From positions 71,901 to 135,900 of the IMG/VR virus record IMGVR_UViG_3300021963_000038: a DNA stretch of 64,000 bases; one strand, written 5' to 3'. Positions 29,651-38,516 of this stretch are shown here, piece by piece; position 1 is the first letter of the stretch, and each line of letters opens with the position of its first letter. Origin of the DNA: a virus. Made by a program: the position numbers and the translations under genes. Under the pieces are notes generated by a model. That model saw only the letters and a list, made by a program, of their open reading frames with translations, did not search any database and had not been told where the DNA came from.

Positions 29651-30751
29651 ATGGAATTCGAAAATAAAAAACTAAGAGATGTGGCTGATATTGCAGCTCG
29701 CATTATGTCTGGTCAAACAGTTACAGAAAAATTACATCCAAACCAACAAAAGTTGGATGTACACGAGCCAGAAAAAGACGAATTGACTGCAAAAGACTTT
29801 GAAATGCTTCGTGCTAAAAAAGCAGTGAAGAAAGAAGAAGTTGAAGAACTTGATGAAGTTAAGATGGCTGACTTACCTGTTAGAAAAGTTCAAGGTCGTG
29901 CATATGGTGCTTCTAAGCCTGAACCACACGCAGTAGATACACTTAGAGGTCCAAAAGAAAAAGAATTGAAAGACATTGAATCAGAAAAGAAAAAGAAAAA
30001 GTTTTCTGAAATGATTGATGTTTATAAAACAGGTGGATTAAAATCATTCATGGAATCTATTCCTAAAGAAGAAGAATTGATTGATGAATTGTCGAAAGAT
30101 ATTGCCGATTACACAATGGATGTAATTGATGCTGGTGAATACACAGAAGTTACCATTGGTGAAGAAGCGAGTGAAGAAGAATTCAATGCTGAAATCAAGA
30201 AAGCACAAGCCAAATCAGAAGGTAAAGATAAAGCAGAAGTATCCAAAGGTTCTGTACAGGCAGTTAAACAAGAAGAAACAGAAATCACAGATGAAATGAT
30301 TTTTGAAGTTCTTGAAGAATCTGGTATTGATTTCGAATCATTGAATGATGATGAATTGCAAGAAGTTGTTGCTGAAGCAATTCGTGTTCTTGATGTTTCC
30401 AAATCAAATGCAGGTGTAAAACCAAAAACACCAGAAGATAGAAACAAAGCAGCTGCAGCAGTAAAGGCAGCAAGAGCAAACAAACCAACAGACCGTTATA
30501 CTGCTAAACCAGTTGTTGGTGCAGGTTCAGTTGGTGCAGGACAAAGACAAGCTGGCAAACCAGTATCACACATTGCTGTTCGTGAAGATGCGGAACAAGT
30601 TGATGAACGTCATATGACAGATTCAGAAATGGAAAAACGTGAGAAGATTGTTAAGTCAATGAAAAAAGGCATGGCAGGTTTCAAAGAGCGTTATGGTGAT
30701 AAAGCAAAAAACGTAATGTACGCAACTGCAACTAAACAGGCAATGAAGTGA
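29651..30751 (+). CDS. acidic/charged putative prohead core or internal protein
   Basis: E/K-rich with repeated LDE sites; ends VMYATATKQA. Confidence 0.55.
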   Translation: MEFENKKLRDVADIAARIMSGQTVTEKLHPNQQKLDVHEPEKDELTAKDFEMLRAKKAVKKEEVEELDEVKMADLPVRKVQGRAYGASKPEPHAVDTLRGPKEKELKDIESEKKKKKFSEMIDVYKTGGLKSFMESIPKEEELIDELSKDIADYTMDVIDAGEYTEVTIGEEASEEEFNAEIKKAQAKSEGKDKAEVSKGSVQAVKQEETEITDEMIFEVLEESGIDFESLNDDELQEVVAEAIRVLDVSKSNAGVKPKTPEDRNKAAAAVKAARANKPTDRYTAKPVVGAGSVGAGQRQAGKPVSHIAVREDAEQVDERHMTDSEMEKREKIVKSMKKGMAGFKERYGDKAKNVMYATATKQAMK

Positions 30752-32247
30752 GAACTATAAAAGGTATTTTAGAGCAACATAGGGAAAAAGTTAGGTTCAA
30801 ACCTATCAAACCTAGATATGTTTCGAATTTATCTGGTGTTTCGCCTCGACCAACCAGCGATAGTGAAAATGTTAAATTAAAAGAAGATGGTGGTTTAGCA
30901 CAGAATACTCTTTTAGATAAAAAGAAAAAACCAATGTCAACCGCCACTGCTGAGAATTCATTTCAATCAGTTAAAGAAGAGGCAGAAATTGGTGATGAAT
31001 CATCATCAACAGAGGCATCAGAAAATATTGCTAAGAAAGGCGGTAAAACCGTGATTGTAAAAACATTAGACCAAATGAAAGAAGCAAAAGAAAAATCAGA
31101 GTATGATTACGAAGGTGACATGGCTCGTGGGCAATTACAAAGTATTGTAAACAATGCTCAAAGAGTACATGATATGTTGAAAGATAATGATAATCTTCCA
31201 GAGTGGGTTCAATCTAAAATTACATTAGCAGAAGATTACATTTCAACAGTTGCCAATTATATGATGAGTGAAGTTGATGAAGAAGTCAAAGACGAATATG
31301 CTCGTAAGGTTGATAAGTATTTAAAAAAGAAATACAACAAAGAAGAAGTTGAATTGGATGAAGTATCAACAAAAGGTTATCATTCAGCTGCTGTTAAGAG
31401 TAGAATGAGTGCTGCTGTTAAACTAATGTCCAGTATGGGCAAAGACAAAGAAGCAAAAACAAAACTTGATGCTCGCAATCGTGGATTAAAAAGACTTAGT
31501 GATAGAACATCAGCAGCGATGAAGAAAGCCAATTCTGGTCCACAAAAACCAAGAGTTGCAAAAGAACCAACAGAAGCTGAACGCCGTGGTTATGGCCAAG
31601 GTCGTTACATGGGTGATTCAGTTGAAGTTACTGGTAATCAAATCACCGAAGGTCGTCCATCACAACGTCATCCATTAGAAGGACATGAGTATCACAAAAA
31701 GTCTGATGAAGCATTGATTCACATTGCCAAAGATGCACACGCTGCCGCTGAAGCAATGAAAAGTCATAACACAGCTGCAGAAAACAAATATCGTGACCAA
31801 GCAAATGATTCTGCAACAGTAAGACATTTCCGTAAAACAAGTGGTATGCCTGATTGGTACAAGAAGAAATATGGCCATATGAAAGAATCATTCAGACCTA
31901 TGGATGAACCAAAATATAGTTTGTCTATTCAAGCTCGTCAAAAGAAAGCTGATGACAACAAACCACCATTTGAAGGTCCATATAAGAAAACCAAAGGCGT
32001 CATAACTGATAAATCTGGTGCAAAACATGGTCCTATGTCCCGTGCTAGAGACCTTGCTCGTACAGCTGCACGAAAGCAAGCTAATATGAAAGAATCTAAT
32101 GAACCCTTACAAGAATCCCGTAAAGCCGAGATTGTTCGTGAGGCTATGAAAGTGGCTAAAGAGAAGAAAAAGGCTAATTCTGAGGATAAATTTATTGCGG
32201 ATCCAGAATTAAACAGTAAAGTGATTAAAACCGCAACTCAGATGTAA
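30748..32247 (+). CDS. modular charged putative internal head protein
   Basis: EYDYEGDMA..LPEWVQSKIT module and EVELDE linkers. Confidence 0.55.
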   Translation: MRTIKGILEQHREKVRFKPIKPRYVSNLSGVSPRPTSDSENVKLKEDGGLAQNTLLDKKKKPMSTATAENSFQSVKEEAEIGDESSSTEASENIAKKGGKTVIVKTLDQMKEAKEKSEYDYEGDMARGQLQSIVNNAQRVHDMLKDNDNLPEWVQSKITLAEDYISTVANYMMSEVDEEVKDEYARKVDKYLKKKYNKEEVELDEVSTKGYHSAAVKSRMSAAVKLMSSMGKDKEAKTKLDARNRGLKRLSDRTSAAMKKANSGPQKPRVAKEPTEAERRGYGQGRYMGDSVEVTGNQITEGRPSQRHPLEGHEYHKKSDEALIHIAKDAHAAAEAMKSHNTAAENKYRDQANDSATVRHFRKTSGMPDWYKKKYGHMKESFRPMDEPKYSLSIQARQKKADDNKPPFEGPYKKTKGVITDKSGAKHGPMSRARDLARTAARKQANMKESNEPLQESRKAEIVREAMKVAKEKKKANSEDKFIADPELNSKVIKTATQM

Positions 32248-32250
32248 TAA

Positions 32251-32258
32251 CATAAATA
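32251..32258 (+). promoter_or_regulatory. T4-type late promoter candidate
   Basis: CATAAATA upstream of a structural-type gene with strong SD. Confidence 0.55.
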
Positions 32259-32289
32259 ACAAATAAACCGATTTTTAGGAGAAACTAAT

Positions 32290-32874
32290 ATGTCTTTATG
32301 GGGAAACTTAGATGCCGCTAACAATGCACCAAAATCAAGTGCAATGGCTGGCTATGGTGGTGAAACACCACAAGTAACAAGCAATTCGCAAGTATACTAC
32401 GCTAATACACAACTTGGTGCGTTTATCGACAACCAAGCACTTGGTATTTTTGGTGTATCTGCTGCGGAACAGGCTAATTCATCAACAGTAGCATCAACCG
32501 GTCGTCCACAACACGCTGGATGGGTGGTTCGTAAAGTTGGTATGGGTCCTGTTGCTACAATTACTGCTAACGCAGGCGCAGTTGGTGTAAACAGCACAAT
32601 CACTATTGTTGCAAATAGTGGATTTGGTAATACCGGTTCAAACGGCCGTTCTACCATTATTCCAGTCGTTGCAACAATTACAACAAATACTGCTGGTTAC
32701 ATTGATACAATCACAATCGTGAATCCTGGACTGTATGCTAACACACCAATTTTACGTCCAAATACAGGTAATGCTGTGTTCACCGTAACAATGGGTGGTC
32801 GTGCAAATCGTGTTCAAACAGAAACATTAGTTGCCATGGGTTCAATGACTGGTGACAACGAAAACGTATTCTAA
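32290..32874 (+). CDS. virion structural/decoration protein
   Basis: MSLWG..HAGWV..GRANRVQTETLVAM; G/A/T/N-rich. Confidence 0.6.
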   Translation: MSLWGNLDAANNAPKSSAMAGYGGETPQVTSNSQVYYANTQLGAFIDNQALGIFGVSAAEQANSSTVASTGRPQHAGWVVRKVGMGPVATITANAGAVGVNSTITIVANSGFGNTGSNGRSTIIPVVATITTNTAGYIDTITIVNPGLYANTPILRPNTGNAVFTVTMGGRANRVQTETLVAMGSMTGDNENVF

Positions 32875-32875
32875 A

Positions 32876-33217
32876 ATGGACCAAGTTATACCAGCTCAAG
32901 AACCAAATGAGAATCCGATTGCAAAGTCGGAGATAAACTCACAACTGGTGATTGAGCTGGGTGAAATAATTACCTCTGCAAATCTCGGTTTTCAAAAGAT
33001 TCGTAAAGTGTTGTTCAGGTACGGATTAGACCTGCCAGCACTTTACGATATCCTAGAAGAAGGAGATGAATTCGCCATCGAACTTGATGGCGAATTATTT
33101 TTATATGTTTTATACTACTTAACTGATGAAGGTAATTACGATTTCTATGCCGAAGTTACGGATTGGAATGGTGTTGATGAACTAATGTCAGATGAGGAAG
33201 ACCTAGAAGAAGAATAA
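32876..33217 (+). CDS. hypothetical acidic protein
   Basis: ORF. Confidence 0.55.
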   Translation: MDQVIPAQEPNENPIAKSEINSQLVIELGEIITSANLGFQKIRKVLFRYGLDLPALYDILEEGDEFAIELDGELFLYVLYYLTDEGNYDFYAEVTDWNGVDELMSDEEDLEEE

Positions 33218-33219
33218 TA

Positions 33220-33612
33220 ATGTCCTTTGATGATTTGACGAATGAAAATGTTATGATATATGCGATGAAAGTTTATGATAAACCAAATTGCATAATGAGT
33301 GAGTTTAAAGAAGATATGAAACGATTCAACTACTTGAAAAGGTTGTTTCGTAGGTACGCAAAAGTAGGTGAAATGAGAGAACGATTAGTTCTTAATCATC
33401 TTGTGATACTGTATAATGTTTTTGGTGTAGAAGCAACTACAAGATTGTTGTTTTTTAAAATGGCCAAAAATGATTATTCAGCTTTAAAAACTTTTTTACT
33501 ATTTTTATCATATATGCCAGATGTTATTAAAGGTATTAAAGGACAAGATATCATATCATCGGAGATTTCTGTTGATATGTCAATTGCAGAAATTTTAAGA
33601 ACAATAAAATGA
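33220..33612 (+). CDS. conserved T4-like hypothetical protein
   Basis: EFKEDMKRF..RLVLNHLVILYNVFG. Confidence 0.65.
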   Translation: MSFDDLTNENVMIYAMKVYDKPNCIMSEFKEDMKRFNYLKRLFRRYAKVGEMRERLVLNHLVILYNVFGVEATTRLLFFKMAKNDYSALKTFLLFLSYMPDVIKGIKGQDIISSEISVDMSIAEILRTIK

Positions 33613-33827
33613 CAAACGAATTTAAAAAAGAATGTGGTGCAGGTTATTATTGGTGTACAACCGATAAAGTTTGCAAACCTATTCAAGAAGATGCACCAGT
33701 TAATTCAGTTGGTGGTGGACAAATTGCAGGTATTGGTGTTGGACCTAAAGGTGAACCAGGAATGAAGAAAAAGAAAATGATGCCTTTCATGGCATTCGTG
33801 CGTAGAAAACCACCGGCAGGAGTTTAA
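33609..33827 (+). CDS. small hypothetical protein
   Basis: EDAPVNSVGGGQIAG..GEPG. Confidence 0.55.
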   Translation: MTNEFKKECGAGYYWCTTDKVCKPIQEDAPVNSVGGGQIAGIGVGPKGEPGMKKKKMMPFMAFVRRKPPAGV

Positions 33828-33828
33828 T

Positions 33829-34275
33829 ATGTGGATATTATCTTGGTTGCCTAACTGGATATTCTACGGAATATTTTTTGCTGGTCTATTAGGTTTACTT
33901 GCATCATATGTGATGAGATTCATACCTTTCGTATATGTTTATCGTACACCAATACAGGCAGCTTCTGTATTGGCTATTGCAATCGGAACTTATATGGCTG
34001 GTGCAATATCCAATGAAGAATCTTGGCAAGCAAAAGTCAAAGAGATGGAAGCAAAAGTTGCTGCCGCTGAAGTGCAATCAGCAAAAGAGAATGTGAAAAT
34101 TGTTGAAAGAGTTGTGAAGAAAACAGAATACATAACTCGCAGAGGTCAAGATATCATTCAATATGTTGACAGAGAAATTATTAAGTATGACACAAAGTTT
34201 GCACCAGGCGGTCAATGTGAAATTCCTAAAGAATTTATCAAAGCATTAAATGATGCTGCGGAGCCTCCAAAATGA
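33829..34275 (+). CDS. i-spanin (Rz-like)
   Basis: N-terminal TM segments plus coiled coil; lysis context. Confidence 0.6.
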   Translation: MWILSWLPNWIFYGIFFAGLLGLLASYVMRFIPFVYVYRTPIQAASVLAIAIGTYMAGAISNEESWQAKVKEMEAKVAAAEVQSAKENVKIVERVVKKTEYITRRGQDIIQYVDREIIKYDTKFAPGGQCEIPKEFIKALNDAAEPPK

Positions 34276-34430
34276 AATCTTTTAAACAATTTTTAGAACA
34301 CATTGTAAAAGTAGGCAGTCAGTATAGATTGGTTTCAAAATCAACTGGTAAAAATTTAGGAACATACCCCAGTAAAGAAGGTGCGAAAAAGCGTGAACGC
34401 CAAGTACAATATTTCAAACATCATGGATAA
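34272..34430 (+). CDS. small basic protein with capsid-targeting-like N-terminus (MKSFKQFLE)
   Basis: manual translation ...GKNLGTYPSKEGAKKRERQVQYFKH. Confidence 0.6.
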   Translation: MKSFKQFLEHIVKVGSQYRLVSKSTGKNLGTYPSKEGAKKRERQVQYFKHHG

Positions 34431-34689
34431 AATTAAATATTTTTTACTTGTATTGATTCTAACTGGTTGTTCTACAACTGTGCCTGTTACTGCAAAGTTC
34501 CCTGATGTACCTGAAAGGTTGTTAGTAAAATGCCCTCAATTAGAAAAATTAGAAAACGAAGCAAAGTTATCCGACATAAGCAAAACGGTAACAAATAACT
34601 ATACAACATATTATGAATGTGCCGTGAAACATGATGCGTTTGTTGAATGGTATAATATACAGAAAAACATTTTCGATAAGGTAAAATGA
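34423..34689 (+). CDS. o-spanin (Rz1-like lipoprotein)
   Basis: lipobox LTGC followed by a Pro-rich segment. Confidence 0.7.
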   Translation: MDKIKYFLLVLILTGCSTTVPVTAKFPDVPERLLVKCPQLEKLENEAKLSDISKTVTNNYTTYYECAVKHDAFVEWYNIQKNIFDKVK

Positions 34690-35312
34690 TGGAATTAACA
34701 CTAGAACAATTAAAACAATTACTACCAAAAAATCCATTTGTCGAACATTGGCATGATGCCTTGTCGCAATTGTTGCCTGACTATGATATCAATACACCAC
34801 AACGAATCGCTGCGTTCATTGCACAATGTTCTCACGAATCTGGTGGTTTCACCGCATTAAAAGAAAATCTAAATTATAAAGCTGCAACACTTCGTAAGAT
34901 TTTTCCAAAGTATTTCCCAACTGATGAACTTGCAAATGCATATGCAAGTCTGCCTAATAAACAAGAAGCGATTGCAAACAAAGTTTATGCCAATCGTATG
35001 GGAAATGGTCCTGAAAATTCAGGTGATGGTTACAGGTATTGTGGTCGTGGACTTATTCAATTGACTGGTAAAACAAATTATCAAGCTTTTGCTGATAGTC
35101 TTGAAATGAATGTTGAAGATGTTCCAGAATATCTGTCTACATTTGAAGGTGCAGCACAATCCGCTTGCTGGTTTTGGGAGTCAAACAACCTAAACCAATG
35201 GGCAGATAAAGGTGATATTGTTACTCTAACCAAACGCATCAATGGTGGTACAATTGGACTTGATGATAGAATTAAACATTATCAACACGCACTTCATGTA
35301 TTAGGAGTATAA
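34686..35312 (+). CDS. GH19 endolysin
   Basis: AQCSHESGG, ENLNY, GRGLIQLTG, TKRINGG. Confidence 0.92.
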   Translation: MMELTLEQLKQLLPKNPFVEHWHDALSQLLPDYDINTPQRIAAFIAQCSHESGGFTALKENLNYKAATLRKIFPKYFPTDELANAYASLPNKQEAIANKVYANRMGNGPENSGDGYRYCGRGLIQLTGKTNYQAFADSLEMNVEDVPEYLSTFEGAAQSACWFWESNNLNQWADKGDIVTLTKRINGGTIGLDDRIKHYQHALHVLGV

Positions 35313-35852
35313 ATGGCAACAGAAGTAAAACCACTTTCTCGTTCTGAGAAAGAAGCACTAATCAAAGATAAAGCAGGTTGGGTAATTACTATACTTGCAG
35401 CATTGCTTGCAATCAATACCCTGATGGGTGGCAGTAATGGCAGTAAAGTATTGAACAACACGATTGATGCCAATAATACATGGGCATTTTATCAAGCAAA
35501 ATCAATTAAACAATCTCTTGCTGAAGGACAGTTGGAGAATACTCGTGACCCTAAGCGTGTTAAAGAATTAGCCGCTAAGATTGAACGATATGAATCTGAC
35601 CCAAAGTCAGGTGAAGGTAAGAAAGAACTGATGGAAAAGGCTCGTAAGTTAGAGGCTGACCGTGCAGTAGCAAAGTCTAGAAGTCCTTGGTATACATATG
35701 CTGGTAGTTTATTTCAAATTGCCATCGTATTGTTAACTGCAAGTATTCTAGCAGTAAATAATAGACTTTATTATGCCAGTATTGTTGTTGGTGCCTTAGG
35801 TGCTCTGTTAATGAGCCAAGCACTTTGGTTATGGTTACCATTAACATTATAA
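35313..35852 (+). CDS. DUF4337-like membrane protein
   Basis: WAFYQAKSIK and QIAIVL motifs. Confidence 0.7.
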   Translation: MATEVKPLSRSEKEALIKDKAGWVITILAALLAINTLMGGSNGSKVLNNTIDANNTWAFYQAKSIKQSLAEGQLENTRDPKRVKELAAKIERYESDPKSGEGKKELMEKARKLEADRAVAKSRSPWYTYAGSLFQIAIVLLTASILAVNNRLYYASIVVGALGALLMSQALWLWLPLTL

Positions 35853-35861
35853 GGATTTAAA

Positions 35862-36278
35862 ATGGCTGAAGAAGTTAAAAAAGACGAAGATTGGATGCAA
35901 AAAAAATGGCGTCCAGCTATGGGTTGGATGTACATGGTTGTGTGTTTCTTTGACATGGTTATATTTCCAGTTGCATGGAGTATTCTACAAACTGTTCAAC
36001 ACCAAACAATTACACAATGGAATCCATTGACACTACAAGGTGCAGGACTATTTCACCTTGCGATGGGTGCCGTATTAGGTATTGCCGCATTTGGTAGAAC
36101 ACAAGAGAAGATTGCGGGAGCTGCTGTTAATCCAACACCTGCACCTACACCAGCACCTGCATTTTCAGCACCAACACCATCATTCTCTGCACCTGCGCCT
36201 GCATTTAGTGCGCCTGCACCATCAACAGGATTTGGCGGTAAATTAGCACCACCACCTGCAGCACAACCAGAACTATAA
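35862..36278 (+). CDS. holin (3TM/GTA-type) with Pro/Ala repeat tail
   Basis: WRPAMGW..FGRTQEK; FSAP heptad repeats. Confidence 0.7.
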   Translation: MAEEVKKDEDWMQKKWRPAMGWMYMVVCFFDMVIFPVAWSILQTVQHQTITQWNPLTLQGAGLFHLAMGAVLGIAAFGRTQEKIAGAAVNPTPAPTPAPAFSAPTPSFSAPAPAFSAPAPSTGFGGKLAPPPAAQPEL

Positions 36279-36287
36279 GGAAATAAA

Positions 36288-36461
36288 ATGAAAAAATTAT
36301 TAACTATCTTAATTGCAGCTGCACTTTCAACATCCGTTTATGCTGGTGGTGAAAAGAAAAAAGTCTGCCATGTGGATGAGAAAACCAAAAAAGAAATTTG
36401 TAAAGAAGTAAAAGTACATAAAAAACTAGAAGGCACTAAAGTGCCAGAAAAGAAAAAATAA
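36288..36461 (+). CDS. small secreted Lys-rich protein
   Basis: signal peptide MKKLLTILIAAALSTSVYA, two Cys. Confidence 0.6.
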   Translation: MKKLLTILIAAALSTSVYAGGEKKKVCHVDEKTKKEICKEVKVHKKLEGTKVPEKKK

Positions 36462-36772
36462 TGGCAAGCACATCAGAACGATTAGGTGTCGTTGAGACCA
36501 AGGTACACAATCTAGATAATAAACTTGATGAATTGAAAGTTGATGTTAAGGAAATGCATGATTGCCTTGATAAGACTAGATATGACTTGACTTTACAGCT
36601 AGAAAAGATGTATGATGCATCTTGTTCTCAACATTCAGCTTTGGCGAAAGAAATATCAGAACTTAAAACTCAAAGAGATAAGTGGGTATGGACTGTTGCC
36701 GGAGGGTTAGTTGTTCTGTCTTGGGCAAGTGCCCATGCTGATTCTTTAGGTAAAATTTTAAAATTGTTTTGA
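36461..36772 (+). CDS. coiled-coil protein with C-terminal TM segment
   Basis: ORF composition. Confidence 0.55.
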   Translation: MASTSERLGVVETKVHNLDNKLDELKVDVKEMHDCLDKTRYDLTLQLEKMYDASCSQHSALAKEISELKTQRDKWVWTVAGGLVVLSWASAHADSLGKILKLF

Positions 36773-36797
36773 CAAATGATGGAGTTTATTATATAAT
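36769..36797 (+). promoter_or_regulatory. consensus sigma70 promoter of primase
   Basis: TTGACA-N17-TATAAT. Confidence 0.8.
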
Positions 36798-36803
36798 GGT
36801 TGA

Positions 36804-37835
36804 ATGTCAATACACATCGATTTAAAATATACAAACCTCCTATCACATAGATTTGAGAGATTCGCTCGCAAAGATAATTACCTCTTTAATGTGAGGTGTC
36901 CTCTTTGCGGCGATTCAAAGAAGAATAAGTCCAAGATGCGGGGTTATATCTACCGCAAAGGTAACAACTTATTCTATAAATGCCATAACTGTAACGCAGG
37001 TACAAGTCTTGGCAATCTCATCAAATTTATTGACGGTAACCTACATAAAGAATATGTACTTGAACGATACAAGGCGGGTGAATCCGGTAACTCCAATTTC
37101 AAAGACCCATCATTCGACATACCACCGCCAAGATTCGACAAGGTCGAAAAATCAAAACTGTTTGAACACGCCGAATGGTGCGACAAACTGCCTAGTGGAC
37201 ATTTCTGCTTAGAATATTTGCAGAAACGCAAGATACCAGAACAATGGTATTCTAAATTATTATTCACACAACACTATAAACAATTCTGTGATGATTTAAT
37301 TCCAAATCATGGTAAACAATTAACCGATGATGCAAGACTTATTATACCATTTTATGATGAGTATGATAATTTAATTGCAGTATCGGGTCGTGCATTGGAA
37401 ACTTCTGATTATAAATTGCGTTATGTAACACTTCGTACCAATGATAGTAAAGACAAACTTATCTTTGGTGTGGATAGAGTAAACATACATGAACCAGTTA
37501 AGATTGTGGAAGGTCCAATAGATAGTCTATTTTTATCTAATTGTATTGCAAGTGGTGATGCCAATCTTTCATTAACATCAAAAAATATTTCAGCAGGCAA
37601 AAAAGTTTTAATATTTGATAATGAACCTCGCAATAAAGAAATCGTGAAGATGATAGAGGTTGCAATCAAATCAGACAATTATGTTGTAATTTGGCCTAAT
37701 ACTATCAATGGTAAAGATATAAATGAAATGGTAATGAGTGGATTGTCAGTAGGTGAGATTGAAGATATTATAAGTAGTAATACATTTTCGGGATTAGAGG
37801 CGCAAGCCAAATTCATTTTTTGGAAGAAGGTATAA
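36804..37835 (+). CDS. 61: DNA primase gp61
   Basis: CPLCGDS..CHNC zinc finger; EGPIDSLF and DNEPRN TOPRIM motifs. Confidence 0.95.
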   Translation: MSIHIDLKYTNLLSHRFERFARKDNYLFNVRCPLCGDSKKNKSKMRGYIYRKGNNLFYKCHNCNAGTSLGNLIKFIDGNLHKEYVLERYKAGESGNSNFKDPSFDIPPPRFDKVEKSKLFEHAEWCDKLPSGHFCLEYLQKRKIPEQWYSKLLFTQHYKQFCDDLIPNHGKQLTDDARLIIPFYDEYDNLIAVSGRALETSDYKLRYVTLRTNDSKDKLIFGVDRVNIHEPVKIVEGPIDSLFLSNCIASGDANLSLTSKNISAGKKVLIFDNEPRNKEIVKMIEVAIKSDNYVVIWPNTINGKDINEMVMSGLSVGEIEDIISSNTFSGLEAQAKFIFWKKV

Positions 37836-37838
37836 ATT

Positions 37839-38501
37839 ATGAATGTTAAATTGATTAGTTATTCGCAGGCGGTTGAAGAAGAATCTGACCTCAAAAATGT
37901 GCAAGAGTTGATTGCTTTTTGTGCAAGAGTATCCAACCCTAGCAATCAGTACAACACAGAAACATCAGAAAAGTTGATTCGTTATCTAACCAAACATCAA
38001 CACTGGTCTCCATTAGAAATGGTGAGTGCTTGTTTAGAGATTGAAACAACTCGTGATATTGCTCGTCAAATATTACGACACAGAAGTTTTTCGTTTCAAG
38101 AATTTAGTCAGCGTTATGCTGACCCAACAAAAGATTTAGATTTTGTATTGCGTGAGGCACGGTTACAGGATCCAAAGAACAGACAAAACAGTATCGAAAA
38201 CACCAACCTAGCAGTTGCTGCATGGTGGGAAGAAAGACAACGGCGTGTCATTGAAGAAGCCAGAAATGCTTATGCATGGGCAATTGAAAATGGTATTGCA
38301 AAAGAGTGTGCTCGTGCTGTATTACCGGAAGGCAACACAGTATCAAAAATATACATGAATGGTACATTAAGAAGTTGGGTGCATTTCATCCAATTGCGTA
38401 GTGCTAATGGTACACAGAAAGAACATCAACTAATCGCAAAAGAATGTGCAAAAGTAATCGCCAAAGTATTTCCGATGGCGAATGAATTCGTAGAACAATA
38501 A
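37839..38501 (+). CDS. thyX: flavin-dependent thymidylate synthase
   Basis: HWSPLE and RHRSFSFQEFSQRY. Confidence 0.95.
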   Translation: MNVKLISYSQAVEEESDLKNVQELIAFCARVSNPSNQYNTETSEKLIRYLTKHQHWSPLEMVSACLEIETTRDIARQILRHRSFSFQEFSQRYADPTKDLDFVLREARLQDPKNRQNSIENTNLAVAAWWEERQRRVIEEARNAYAWAIENGIAKECARAVLPEGNTVSKIYMNGTLRSWVHFIQLRSANGTQKEHQLIAKECAKVIAKVFPMANEFVEQ

Positions 38502-38516
38502 TAATTGGAGTTTTTA

